NCBI GenBank assembly: GCA_023920165.1
Contig: CP089278.1
Coordinates: 1,178,001 to 1,242,000, forward strand
DNA length: 64,000 nt
Origin: Curvularia clavata
Taxonomy: Eukaryota
Direction: 5' to 3'
The stretch's first letter is position 1. Each line of letters opens with the position of its first letter. Positions 23,932 to 35,825 of the stretch are shown here, one piece after another. Both the position numbers and the translations under genes were made by a program. The notes below the pieces were generated by a model, which was not told the DNA's origin, searched no databases, and was given only the letters and a program-made list of their open reading frames with translations.

Positions 23932-25722
23932 ATGACTGAAGAGAAGAATGCCGCGCCAGAAGGTGCGCAGAATGGGAATGCGGAGGGTGCAGGAAATAAA
24001 GAAGGGGCTGCGAACGGCGCAAACACAGAGTACCCAAAGCCGCAGAAGACGGATACGGCCGGCAGCAAGAAAAAAGGACCAGAAGGAGGCTTCGATGATA
24101 CGCCAGTACCGCGCGCACCGCCTGGATACACGATCAAGTTTACTCTGCATCGCGCCAACAACCTGCCCCTTGCCGACATCAACACTTTCTCCGCCGACCC
24201 CTTCATCGTCGCGCAGCTGACTACAGGCCTACCCACAAGACACAAGGAGGACCCTCCTCTGACGATGCGCACGCATACCATACGACAGAACACTGACCCA
24301 GTGTGGAATTTTGAGTGGATAGTCGCCAATGTGCCCGCGTCAGGATTCAACCTCAAGTGCCGTATTTACGACGAGGACCCTGCCGATCACGATGACCGTC
24401 TCGGTAACGTTCACGTTACGGTTCCCTCTGTAAATGAGAACTGGGGAGGCATACGCGAACAAACGTATTCTATCAAGAAGCGCATGGTCAGCAAGAGGGC
24501 GTTTATCCTTCGTGCCGTCGCGGTTTGCTTCGGCAAGGCGCACCACATGACAGGAACACTTACAGTCAGTGCTGAGGTACTGGGTAGGACACAAGATGAC
24601 AATGGAGGGCGCGTGTACACCGTAGGGCCTCAGTTCTGGATACGACATTACTCGCCGCTGCTAGGGCGCCTGCTGGGCCAGAAAGAACCCAACGACGACG
24701 AAGACCAAGTGTCACGAAGAACCGGTAGACATAAACCGGAAAAGTACAATTTTCAGTCCAACCAGATGCAGCTGCGTGGTCCCGTCCCTGAGGCAATGTA
24801 CCACCGCTATGTTGAGTTTAAGCCTTTTGTCAAGAGCATGTTTACCGCAAAGGGCGTAAGGGGATTCATCTTGTCCAAAGCCCTGCACCACCAGCACGCG
24901 CGTGTGTACAACTTCGATCACGCCACCGATTACCAAGTCTTCAGCGAGCCCTGCAAGGAATTTACCCAAAAGTTCCTCGAACTCGTGCACTACGACCAGG
25001 GCGGTCGCATCTTCACCTATGTTCTGACCCTCGATGCCCTCTTCCGCTTTACAGAAACTGGCAAGGAATTCGGAATCGACATGCTGAGCAAACATACCAT
25101 GCATAGCGACGTAGCACCCTATATTGCCTTTTCTGGCGAATTCTTCATCCGCCGGCTCAAGCACAAGGACCGACTACCTCCCGACGAAGGCGGACACAAC
25201 GTCTCGCACCCCCCCTGTGACATCGAAGGTGGGCCCCCTGACGAACCGCCCAAAAAAGACCCCGCATACTATGAACTCGTCATCGACAATGACTCGGGCA
25301 CTTACCGCCCCAACGCCGCGCTCCTCCCCCAACTCAAGACCTTTTTCGAATTGAACTTCCCCGGCCTCCACATCCGTACCCTCGACTGCCAAGGCGACGC
25401 CGAGAAAATGCAAGCCATGAAAGAAGAGCAGCGTGAGCGCAAGAAGCGCGAGGGCCAGCACGTCGTCTACACGCAGATATCTCGTAGTAGCTCTGTGAGC
25501 AGCAGTGACGAGGAAGAGCTCGATCGCTTAGAAGCTCAGGGCGAAATGTCGCCTAGGCATCTACGACATCAGATTCAGCGCGAGGCGGGGGCCAAGGTCG
25601 ATGCCATGAAGTTCCATGCTAAGGATTACCGGCCGAGAAGCAGCAATCCTCCTGCGAATGCTGAGGATGCGAAGCCGGATGCTATACCGGCGAAGCAGGA
25701 GAGTACGGCCACGGGTGTGTGA
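23932..25722 (+). CDS. C2-domain-containing conserved fungal protein
   Basis: FTLHRANNLPLADINTFSADPFI...TDPVWNFEW...CRIYDED...DDRLG is a C2 fold. C-terminal conserved block FRFTETGKEFGIDMLSKHTMH and VIDNDSGTYRP. Confidence 0.85.
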   Translation: MTEEKNAAPEGAQNGNAEGAGNKEGAANGANTEYPKPQKTDTAGSKKKGPEGGFDDTPVPRAPPGYTIKFTLHRANNLPLADINTFSADPFIVAQLTTGLPTRHKEDPPLTMRTHTIRQNTDPVWNFEWIVANVPASGFNLKCRIYDEDPADHDDRLGNVHVTVPSVNENWGGIREQTYSIKKRMVSKRAFILRAVAVCFGKAHHMTGTLTVSAEVLGRTQDDNGGRVYTVGPQFWIRHYSPLLGRLLGQKEPNDDEDQVSRRTGRHKPEKYNFQSNQMQLRGPVPEAMYHRYVEFKPFVKSMFTAKGVRGFILSKALHHQHARVYNFDHATDYQVFSEPCKEFTQKFLELVHYDQGGRIFTYVLTLDALFRFTETGKEFGIDMLSKHTMHSDVAPYIAFSGEFFIRRLKHKDRLPPDEGGHNVSHPPCDIEGGPPDEPPKKDPAYYELVIDNDSGTYRPNAALLPQLKTFFELNFPGLHIRTLDCQGDAEKMQAMKEEQRERKKREGQHVVYTQISRSSSVSSSDEEELDRLEAQGEMSPRHLRHQIQREAGAKVDAMKFHAKDYRPRSSNPPANAEDAKPDAIPAKQESTATGV

Positions 25723-25788
25723 GCGTAGGTGGGGAGTGGACTGACTTTCTTTTTCACCAGTACTACCATTACTGGTGTTACTCCTTCT

Positions 25789-25808
25789 ACTCTCTCTCTC
25801 TCTCTCCT
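25789..25808 (+). repeat. (CT)n microsatellite in a pyrimidine-rich 3' UTR
   Basis: ctctctctctctctctcc just downstream of the C2-protein stop. Confidence 0.6.
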
Positions 25809-26224
25809 CTGTATCCTCCTTTTGACCTTTATGCCCCATGTACATGTTTCTCCTTTGTCACTATCGCCTTTACCCCCTTACTCCCTCTTCCATCACCAGC
25901 ACCTCTTCCTTTTCTTTTGTCGCCCAAACCCTTGCTGTACGTACGATCCGAGAGCGTTTGTTTTCATTCCCTATTCTGAACCACTACCATCATTACCTGA
26001 AAACCTATATTGTCTAGTTGACAAATTGTTTTTCAAAAAGGGGGACGAGGACAGCAAAAAATACTTTTTGCTCGACTTGGATTTTTGTGGCGAAGAGAGA
26101 TACCCACCCGCTGCCGCAGTACTCTATCACTTATCTGCTGTAATAATCTAGCTTTATACACTTCATCCTGCACAGCCATGTAGCTGAGTCACATCCTCTC
26201 CCAGTTCTCACAATCCCCAGTCCC

Positions 26225-26821
26225 TCACGACCCGCTATTAAACCAATCCACGCCCCTAACCAACCGATCGCACACATACCCCGTAACCAGCGCATACACA
26301 CCCTTGTGCAGCACATCCACCACCTGCTCATTAATCGGCCACGTCCACGGCAGTGCGCTTGTCCCCGCCGTCAACTCCACCGTCTGGTCCATCATAATGC
26401 GAATCCCCGTGTGAACAAACGCCGCAACAGGACCAATCACACCATAGTACGACATGAGCGCGCGCACAGGACCTGCTAGAATCCCCATGCCGAAGTGATG
26501 CACGTGATTCAACAGGTTGAAATTCTTGCTATAAAAGTCCGCGGAGACGCCCAAGTGGTTGCCGATGGTGCGAGCGGGTACGTAGGAGTTGGGACGCCCG
26601 GTAATCATTTGCTCGAGCTTATTGGTGCCAGACATGCTGGGGGTTATGTCAGTCATTGTGTCAGGGAACGAGGGAGGTTTGACGTACGCGAGGGCACCCA
26701 AAAAGCCAGCTGAGAGGCCGATTGCGACAGCGCGACCGAAGCTGACTTTTGGGAGGGATGGGTAGATGGATTTGGGGTCGGGGTAGGAGACGGTGCCTCC
26801 GGGGGTATGGTATTGTGGCAT
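26225..26821 (-). CDS. Small membrane protein of unknown function
   Basis: ATG-initiated ORF with hydrophobic segments and His-containing helices (NHVHHFGMG, VDVLHKGVYA). Probable 51-nt intron 26687-26637. Confidence 0.7.
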   Translation of the reverse strand: MPQYHTPGGTVSYPDPKSIYPSLPKVSFGRAVAIGLSAGFLGALAYVKPPSFPDTMTDITPSMSGTNKLEQMITGRPNSYVPARTIGNHLGVSADFYSKNFNLLNHVHHFGMGILAGPVRALMSYYGVIGPVAAFVHTGIRIMMDQTVELTAGTSALPWTWPINEQVVDVLHKGVYALVTGYVCDRLVRGVDWFNSGS

Positions 26822-27022
26822 CTTGGTATGTCTGGATTTGCGCCGTTGGAGATGGAGGTGAGTGAAACAGTTGGTGAGTGCGCGCGTGTTCTATTGGAAG
26901 AGTTGCAGTTTGCGTCGACTCGTTTGTCGGAGACCAGAATGCTGGTGAACTCTACTCAGTGACTTGCTAATTGGGAAAGTGCGTCGCGTCGCGGTCATGA
27001 GTTGCGAATATTGCTTTCATCC

Positions 27023-27030
27023 TGACGTCA
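27023..27030. promoter_or_regulatory. CRE palindrome TGACGTCA (Atf1/bZIP-type site)
   Basis: Perfect 8-mer centred in the 414-bp divergent promoter between the genes starting at 26821 and 27236. Confidence 0.5.
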
Positions 27031-27235
27031 CGCATCGCAAACAGTACTCGTATGTTACAACAACTCAACCCATGGAGACTCGAATTTATCCTTGAGTCTC
27101 GTCGTCATCGCCCCGTCATGATGCTGCAAAAGTATGCGAAATATCAAAATGAGATGTTATACAAGTTGGTCAGCGAGCGGCGTGAACCCTCAGTTCAATT
27201 CAAAAATTCCATTTAGATAATACGAACCAAACAAT

Positions 27236-28785
27236 ATGGTCGCCGAGAACTTTGCAGCAAAACAGGCCGAGGCTGTCCTCGGGCACGATCAGCAGGCTAG
27301 CGCAATACAAACTGATATTTCCAATCCAGACCGAGATGGCCAAAGCTACGCGGATGCTTCTGGCGAGAAGATGAAGGCGCTAGTGTGGATGGGAAAGAAT
27401 GATGTTCGCGTTCGTACGTGCAACTACGTACTATTTTCCTAAGCCCCCAATTAACAATGTAACACAGAGGAAGTCAGCAAGCCCAAGCTCATCGAAGACC
27501 ACGATGTCCTCGTAAGAATCACGGGCTCCACCGTCTGCGGAAGCGATGTGCACCTCCTTCACGGTGTGATCATTCAGACAGAAAAGGGAGATATCCTCGG
27601 CCATGAGTTCTGCGGCGTAGTTGAGCAAGTAGGCTCTGCAGTCACTGAGAGGAAAGTCGGAGATCGTGTTGTCAATAGCTTTGTTGTCTCGTGCGGCGAG
27701 TGCAGGTTCTGTAAAATGAATCTTACTACGGCGTGCGATAAAACAAACTCATCTACTGTTCATAAGATGCTTTACGGTGAGAGGACGGCGGGCATCTTTG
27801 GGTATTCGCATTTTGTAGGAGGATATGCGGGTGGCCAGGCTGAGTATGTGAGAGTACCGTTTGGGGATCAGAATCTTCTGAAACTACCGGATAACGTCCC
27901 TTTTGAGAAGGGTAAGTGATTCATGTGTGCTTGTAAGAGCATGCAGTTAACTGGAATTAGGCCTGTATTTGTCGGACGTGCTCCCGACCTCTTACCACAG
28001 CGTAAACGACACTGGTGTTTACGAAGGCGAAAGCGTTGCAATCTGGGGTCTAGGTCCAATTGGTCTCATGGCCTGTGTATGGGCATTCAAAAAAGGTGCA
28101 AAGCGAGTCATTGGTATCGACAACAACTGGCGCACTGAGTTTGCCAAGCAGAAGATCCCAGGATTGGAAACTATCAACTACGAAGAGCTGAAGAAGCAGT
28201 CTATTCCTGCCAAGATCCATGAAATGGTCCCCGGAGGCGTCGATGCATGCATTGAGGCGAGTGGTGGCGAGTACGCGAAAACATGGGCGCACAAGCTCGA
28301 GATGCTGTCTGGTTTAGAACAGGACACATCGGAGATGATCAATGAGTGCATCTACTCGGTGAGAAAATTTGGTAGGGTTGGTATCATTGGAGACTATACT
28401 GGATGTAAGTCGTCATGTCCTATTTGATTGTTTTTTTGAGCTCACTGTAATACAGTTACCAATCACTTCAATGTGGGTGCGCTAATGGAACGTGGCATAC
28501 GTCTCGTCGGGTGTGGACAGGCGCCTGTTCAAAAGTGTAAGGATCATATGAAGAAAACATACAGAAATATACTGATATGCGATAGATTGGAAGGAGATTC
28601 TTGAAATGATCGAGAAAGGAGAAGTCGATCCGACAATTATGCTGACTCATCGCCTCAAGATTGAAGATATTGCAAAGGCATATTACATGCAGGAAAAGCG
28701 CAAGGACGGCTTGCTGAAGTGCTTTGTCGAAACTCGCTTCTCGGAGCCAAGGGCTGAAGGTACGCCGGAGCTGAAGGAGATTTGA
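27236..28785 (+). CDS. Zinc-dependent medium-chain alcohol/formaldehyde-type dehydrogenase
   Basis: MKALVW, TVCGSDVH, GHEFCG, structural Zn CGECRFC...C, GGQAEYVRVP and GLGPIG Rossmann motif. Four introns; stop TGA at 28783-28785. Confidence 0.9.
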
Positions 28786-30342
28786 TGAGATGGTGGTTTA
28801 CGATGGGCTTCCAGTATGGCGATTCAATAATGAGAGTAATTTACATGAGGTTCCAGAGACCTTAATAAAACCCACAAACTCCTTGTGGGTAAGAAAAACA
28901 TGCATTCTCTAAGAAGATGCTGATACTTTTCTTCTCTCCGTCATTGAGCCCATCCAAGGGCATGGCAGCGTATTCGAAATTTACCGTGGCACCTACCCGC
29001 TTGCAAAACAGGTTTGCAGCAATGATTCTACAGCGTACTGTTGGGGTTGCTAGGACTGAGCATTCGGCATTTGAGATTTATAGAGTTTGCTGGGATACCG
29101 TGGTCAGCATCAACCGTGTGACGTACGGCTACCCCCTGCTGGTGCCGTTTTCCATCGCGATGGGCATCTTGAAGACGGCAGTTAGAAGTGCTGGGTTGAA
29201 ACTGAAGACACTTGGCATTAACACTAATCCGGGTGGTAAATTGGTGTGATTGATCTAAGATATTCGAACTGGTGTCGGATAGAAAGTGCATCTGGAGTAA
29301 GATGTTGCTTTGAGGACTAATACCAACGAGCAGCTCGAAATGGCTACTAAGTCACTGAGTAGGATTTTGAGTAGTTCTGCAGCACGTGTGATTAGTAAAA
29401 GCCAGGAGCATTAAGTGTTGGTCATTGCGATAGTTGCGATTAAGCGAAGCGGGATCTCTGTTAGTTTCACTAAGTTTTAGCGCGTGAATTGAGTAAGTGA
29501 TGATGTCAGCCTTGTCGGGCTTTGCTTCCGGCTTGTGACTGGGTTGGACCTACGTCTTCACTTTTGTGTTTCGCGCATATGATGGTTGACTCTCTCATTA
29601 TCTCCTATCTCAATATTTGCCTTAACGCCTCATAAGTAATCACAGTTGGTGCTTAACTTCTGACCTGGCTGACGTCTACCCAACTTGTTATCTGATAATA
29701 CGACTATCATCCCACTGACGACATGCGATCTTCATACACTCAAGGATAGTTATATGTGGCCTGTGGTGCCCTTGTCTTTTAGTGTTCAGTCATCGTAGCA
29801 CTAGCGTAGTCGAGCATGATCTAGCCGTTTACAATTTCCGACCATTGTCATCATCTCACTGCCATTGGCTATAGCCCAGAGGACAGAACGGTGCGATCAA
29901 CCTTATTCTGAACCCTGAGTACGATCCAACATGATCCCTTATATTACAGCAACTACCAATGCGTGAAGAACTCCTAAAGAACGGCCAGCATGGACCTGTG
30001 AACAGGACAAGCAGAGTGATTTTTTCAACTTTCGATGACAAGCGATGATGATAACTTTGCATGGAAGCGAAAACATATAAGTAACGCAACAAAATAGTCT
30101 CTAGTAACTGGATGTTTCGTATATGAGGATAATGTAGTGCCTGCTCGTATAGATAGCCAAGAAAGTATACTTCTGTCAGAAGGACCGATGCGGTGGCGTG
30201 AGGCCAGTTGAGTTTTTTGATATGAGCAGAGATAAAACCTGCCTTGTTAACCCAATCTCCCGGATGGTATCCATGGTCCAGCAATAAGTCGTTTCTACCT
30301 CAAGAGAGCTATAGATAAGGATTAAAACCATACCAACAAACT

Positions 30343-31436
30343 ATGATGATGTTCAAACAACTATGTCCGGTCGCTTTACTAACTGTCCTCGTATCGTCTT
30401 CCCCAGTTGAGCGGGCCACTACAGACAGTGTCGCCATTTTGACAGCTATATCTCAAGACCCCGAGCTCTCCACTTTCTACAGTCTTCTTAATAGCACAGG
30501 AGGTGCTAGTGGTATCCCCGGTCCTCCATTCGAAGAACGATTCAACAGCCTCGCCGATGGACGAAAGTACACAGCCTTCGCACCTGTCAACTCTGTAAGT
30601 CGCGGGAGCCTAATGTTTTGTCCTCATACAGCTAACCCATACAGGCATTTGAGGCATTACAACCAGGTGTAGCAACAGCACTGACCACACCAGCCTCATA
30701 CGTGCTCCTCGAGGCTATCCTCCGAACGCATATAGTCGAAGGCCTAGTAAACCCAGAGGAAGCCCTTAACGTCAACAAATCCATCATCAGCATCGAAGGC
30801 ATCCCCCTGACATTCCAGTCCTCGGGCAGCACCATCTCAATCAACAACCAAGCCGCCCTCGTCTCCACCGAAAGCACTCCCGTCGGAAACGGCGCAATTT
30901 TCAAAATCACCTCCGTCCTCGACCCCCTAGTCACTATTTTCGGGACAGACGTAGGTAAAAATGGGTCTGTCATTGCGACTACAAACCCCCAGGTGGCAAA
31001 CGACGTGCCTCGAGACTCACAAACCATCGCTTCACTCCTGGCTTCCATCTCTGAGCTATCCACATACACCGAACTCCTGAAGACAACATCGCCATCTTTC
31101 TTCAACCTTCTCGACGCTTCCCTACGAACCGATAAGCACATCTCCGTCTTCGCCCCAAGCAACGCTGCATCCGCAGCCGTGGGCCAGACACCCAAAGCGA
31201 TTCAGCCGAGCAACCAGCCGTTTACTTCGTACCTGCTCGAGTACCCATTCATTGACACGACGTCTGCTGGGCAAGAGAAATCCATTGTTGGGTTCCCTGC
31301 GATCATGCGGAGGGATGCGAGAGGGACGGTTACGAGTGTGAACAATGCGTTTGTAAAGGGAGAACCGAGATGTGTGGGAAACGTGTGTGTATATGTGGTT
31401 GAGAGGTGGCTGGACCCGGTTTTTGGGCTGTTTTGA
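30343..31436 (+). CDS. Secreted fasciclin (FAS1) domain protein with two FAS1 repeats
   Basis: Signal peptide. PELSTF...YTAFAPVNS, intron 30595-30644, AF...ILRTHIV, NGAIFKITSVL. Second repeat SELSTY...ISVFAPSNAA...VCVYVVERWL. Confidence 0.85.
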
Positions 31437-31663
31437 TGTGAGTATGATGTGAGTGGGCTGTCTAATGGTGTAGCAAGAACCCCCTCCTCCCCTCCTCACT
31501 CCGCTTCTTGGCAAACTTTGTAAAAATGGTTACGGAAATTTGGATTACATATCGAGTATATTGGAATGCACATGATCAGTAGTTGGCTGATGCCAAAAAG
31601 GTGTTTATATTTCTTCTAATGCTCTGTTGCTGTTGAAGAGACTGCCCGCCCATATAGATACTT

Positions 31664-32695
31664 TTATTCCAACTGTCCAGAAGACGCGCTCCGTCGCCAG
31701 AAACCAGGCGCCTCATTGAAGTCGTTCTCCCAACGCATGAGCGGCGGCCTTACATATAAATCCTCCCAGTTATCGTCTTCCCACAACGCTTCCTGAATAT
31801 CAATATAGTCGTAGGTGTTGACGTACATCCAACCAACATCTTCAAGTTCGTCATTTGTTTCTCCGCCCTCCCAGTCAAGCCTTTCGTCTTCCTCATCTTC
31901 GTCTTTCTCAGGTTCGTCTTGTTCGCTGTCAGGCGTCCAGTGGCTGTTGACGAGCTTGACCACAGGGCTGGTCATCTTTTCAAGGGATTCGAGGCAGATG
32001 TCGTCGACGAGAAGACAGAAGTTGTAGCGAGGTCCCGCTACGAAGCGAGGGATTCCGTCCTCCATTGGGGGCTCGCGGTCAGCACGGCAGTTACGTCGTA
32101 GCTCATCCACGGACCAACTTTTGAAATGCTCGCGGATCTCCTCAGGACCTGCCCCTCCAAATTTAGACTGGTCATCCATTACGACTAAGTCATGTCTCAA
32201 AGAAAGGTCAAGTTGAGCCTGTCGCGTTACTAGTGACTCTTCAATGTCTCGGCGGAGTATAGAGCGCATTTGATCCCAAGCCGTATCGTCACTATACGAG
32301 ACACGGTATATAACCAGACCCCAAGGCGCGTTAGGTTTGAGGAAGAAAGAATTATCTAACACCAAGGGTTTCTCCGTCAATCCTTCATCGCGACAAGCCT
32401 GGAACATATCCTGGCTGATAGGATGCGCCCTAGCAACCGCCTCGCGAGCAGCACTAACCTTGTCAGCATCGAACTCTGGAATAGCGCCCATGGCTTCTTT
32501 CATGGCGTCTATGTAAGCCTGAACGCGGGCTCTATCCGCGTCTGTAAGTTGCATGGCAGGGGCTGTGTGAATGGACCGGGCACGGTGGGGGTAAAGTGGG
32601 AGACTGAAGAACGGGCGACTGGAGGATTGGAAGAGACGCTTGCTCACTGTGATTGCGGGGTTCGGATATATGGATCCCCTCAACCAGGCAGGCAT
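31664..32695 (-). CDS. Hypothetical conserved fungal protein
   Basis: 343-aa ORF with PWGLVIYRVSYSDDTAW, IREHFKSW, PRYNFCLLVDDICLES and DVGWMYV blocks. Second ATG near 32554. Confidence 0.7.
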   Translation of the reverse strand: MPAWLRGSIYPNPAITVSKRLFQSSSRPFFSLPLYPHRARSIHTAPAMQLTDADRARVQAYIDAMKEAMGAIPEFDADKVSAAREAVARAHPISQDMFQACRDEGLTEKPLVLDNSFFLKPNAPWGLVIYRVSYSDDTAWDQMRSILRRDIEESLVTRQAQLDLSLRHDLVVMDDQSKFGGAGPEEIREHFKSWSVDELRRNCRADREPPMEDGIPRFVAGPRYNFCLLVDDICLESLEKMTSPVVKLVNSHWTPDSEQDEPEKDEDEEDERLDWEGGETNDELEDVGWMYVNTYDYIDIQEALWEDDNWEDLYVRPPLMRWENDFNEAPGFWRRSASSGQLE

Positions 32696-33264
32696 AGAAA
32701 CTTGCGGAGATAAAGAGAAAGATGGGTTGAAGGGTGGGTTGGGCTATTAGACGGTAGCTTGCTGCAGAGATAGAAAAGATAGTCATAGTAGTAGAGGCTA
32801 GCTAGACCCAAGCTAGTGCGCGACGTTGGCGCACGCTACTAATGTACATGAAATGCCACATTGAAAGACATACTTGTACTTCATGTGAGGCTAGACAATA
32901 GAGCACATCTCTCAGTTGTATCTAATATTATCGCATTAATATTGCGGATCCATCGCCCAGAACGTCACATTAGGTTTGGTGGGGTGCACAGCTTACTGGC
33001 GGAACACGTTACTAGTTAGTTAATACAAGGACGGCTGACTAATTAGTGAAGCGATGCGGTGACATCAACTGAAATTAAAGACTCCCTAAGTAAAATCGTT
33101 GGTTACTAAATCTTGTTAATCGGTTTGCTAAATAATACATAGCCAAAACAACAAGCCATTTCCAACCCTAGGATGTATCAGAAGTATCTATGTAAAAGCA
33201 TGATGAATCCCTGCTACTTCAACTCTTTCACCTAGTTGGCGTAGTAAGAGCATGTATTCAACAG

Positions 33265-33680
33265 CTATTCGATATGAAGGGACATGGGCATCGGAACCTT
33301 GTCTGTCACGGTTTTCTTGACTTGAATCCCTACCTCCTGAACAAATAGCTGGGCTTTCTCCACTACAGCCACCTTGTACGCGGGCGTGAACTCATCAAAA
33401 ATGGTCTTGATGCCTTTGAGCTCGGGCATGTGGCTGTCCATGTTGGTGATTTCTTGCGTGATGGCATTGAGTGCCTTGCGCTCCACAATCTCAGCTGTAG
33501 CATCGTTTATGTAGTCAAAGACGGAAAAGACATTCCTGAACGTCGTTTCAATCTTTTGGCACTCAACTTTTTGCCCGCTAGAGCCTCGGTGAGGAGGCCC
33601 TTCAGCTTCTTGTCTGCTATGGGGGTGTTGAGGCTAAAGGGCTGCAGCTCCTATATAAAGCCTTTAGAAGATTCTATCTA
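33265..33680 (-). pseudogene. Possible degenerate gene fragment in an AT-rich spacer
   Basis: Protein-like frame (ECQKIETTFRNVFSVFDYINDATAEIVERKALNAITQEI...) follows a branch+acceptor CTAACTGCTAG at ~33688-33678. There is an upstream in-frame TAG and no convincing start. Confidence 0.3.
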
Positions 33681-34334
33681 GCAGTTAGTAGATATAATCC
33701 AGATACCTAAAAGAAATATTACTCCATTACGCCATGCATCCCAGCAAGTAGGGACAGGCATTAATGAGTGAAAGGGTATGATGAGGGAAGGTTAGTTTCA
33801 TGTGACTATGATATTCTGATGCCTACACGGTGATTCAACATGAATGAATTAAACTTTGCCTATTTCAGATTACCAAGCGTGGTTTTAGCGGTGAGCTTTT
33901 GAAAAAAATGAAATAGGGTATGGCAGCCTCCTATGTTGTTTTCTAACGATCCATCAAGATTAGGACTATCGCAGCTGATATCAGTGCCATACCACTATGC
34001 GGATCAAAAGCGTTTTTGTAAGTATAGGCAAATCTTTGTTTCATTGTCTTTCTCCAAGAATAACAAGGCTTCCTTAGTCTGTGGCCGCGTTGCATCTTGT
34101 AACTCTTTGTCTCATCTCTACACAGCGCCATACAAGCACCAAAATGCCTCACGCGGCGATAGTTTCTTTCTTTTACCCCAGAATTATCTATAACAACCAA
34201 GAAATTTTGCTTATATTATATGTCTTGCCCATGCCCACGCAGCGCCCGTGCGATAGTCTACAAACGTGCGCTAATCCGACAGCGGCTTCACCATTACCGC
34301 AAACTCTACACCGCAAGGACCTGTATACTTGGCA

Positions 34335-35825
34335 ATGTCAGACACACCGACGATCATCAACCCTTTCACCAAGCACAGCGACCGAATGAAGCGAAATTCG
34401 CAAAATACTAGATGGATTTCCGATAGCGAAAACGTTACAAGACAGCCACGAAAACAAACCAGTTCTAGGAACAAAGCCCAGCACATGTCAGAACCATGCC
34501 CAAGGCGTGCAAGTCCAACAAAGACGGCCACACGTGGTGACTTGGGAGGTATTTTTCCTCCTGTAGAGACCGGACAGCAGCAAAGCGGGCACGAAGAAAG
34601 AGTATCATTTCCTACGCCATGGTATCGCGCCGCGAAAGCCATATACGACTCCGGACCGGAAGGCGAAGGCCAGGAAATGTGGAAAGTGTGGAAAATGTAC
34701 CAGCGAGCGCGTAAGGAACAGCGGAACAGTGATAAGGTGTCCGAGAAGAGGGGATCAGTCCGACGAAATGTAGTTTTAGAGGACGAAAAGGCTCCACCTC
34801 GGACACCGCACATGCGTCCGCTGGTTCCTCGTCATCCTCCTCCGCCGCCGCCGCCGCCGCCGCAAGTGGACACAGTCCAGGGTCCGCTTGATGGGACCGA
34901 GAAGAGGAGTATGTACAGACCAAGGGACGATTCCTGCATCTCACCGTCGAGTATCGAGATACCAGTAACCATCGACGACTGTATACAACGCACCATCGAC
35001 ACGAACAAGCCTCTTCCTGCTGTCCCGTGCCCCGAACCACCGCCAGAGACACACGAGACGGTACGTCCAATGGCTCCTGCATCTCCACCTCTTACCGTCA
35101 AGCTACATGACAACACCAAGAGTCCCGCTAAGAAACTCCGCTCAGAAGTCAAATTAGACTACAGCCGGTGGAGGAAGCATCAGTCCCCAAAAGCCCAAGC
35201 TAAACTGAAGGCTAAAATCTCGCATCCAATACCGCTTGCAGCTTCATACGAAGGCTCAGTCACGAATGTTGCTGCCGAATGCGGTGGCATCGGTGGTCCT
35301 GCGGCCGCCGGTCCCCTACCTATCGCACGCCCCGGTGCTGCTCTGCCTCAGCACCAGTCTAGGAATACCGCGTCTACAACCAATACTGAGCAGCGGGAGA
35401 TGAGAAGACTGCCGCCGTTGAGTTTTCATGTTCCATCGCTTAGTCACAATCGCACAAAAAGTGCACCCGATGTCGAGGACAAAGACAAAGCAGTCGTACG
35501 AGACGACATGCAGCCCACACACTGGAGCGATACTCTTGTAGGACCTGCGTATGAGGCCGGTAAGTCGATCAAGCAGAGTGCAAAGGAGAAGTTGGACGGC
35601 GTGCATGTGGTGAGAAGACGCAAAAGCTCAGATGCTAGCTTTGTATGTCAGGGTGTAGTCGATAAGAGGCTGGATAGGTACCAAGTGAGTGAGGCGGGAG
35701 AGCCAAGTCCATCTTCTGGTGAGGATGAGACCAGTCTGGTACCTGAACGGCTGTTCTCTGGTACGAGGTGGGGTAGGAATACGCAGTTTTATCAACCGTA
35801 CGTAGATGTACTCGACGAATACTGA
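34335..35825 (+). CDS. Pro/Ser-rich, probably disordered hypothetical protein
   Basis: ~496-aa ORF with a poly-Pro tract encoded by (CCG)n, AKISHPIP and C-terminal RNTQFYQPYVDVLDEY. Confidence 0.65.
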   Translation: MSDTPTIINPFTKHSDRMKRNSQNTRWISDSENVTRQPRKQTSSRNKAQHMSEPCPRRASPTKTATRGDLGGIFPPVETGQQQSGHEERVSFPTPWYRAAKAIYDSGPEGEGQEMWKVWKMYQRARKEQRNSDKVSEKRGSVRRNVVLEDEKAPPRTPHMRPLVPRHPPPPPPPPPQVDTVQGPLDGTEKRSMYRPRDDSCISPSSIEIPVTIDDCIQRTIDTNKPLPAVPCPEPPPETHETVRPMAPASPPLTVKLHDNTKSPAKKLRSEVKLDYSRWRKHQSPKAQAKLKAKISHPIPLAASYEGSVTNVAAECGGIGGPAAAGPLPIARPGAALPQHQSRNTASTTNTEQREMRRLPPLSFHVPSLSHNRTKSAPDVEDKDKAVVRDDMQPTHWSDTLVGPAYEAGKSIKQSAKEKLDGVHVVRRRKSSDASFVCQGVVDKRLDRYQVSEAGEPSPSSGEDETSLVPERLFSGTRWGRNTQFYQPYVDVLDEY

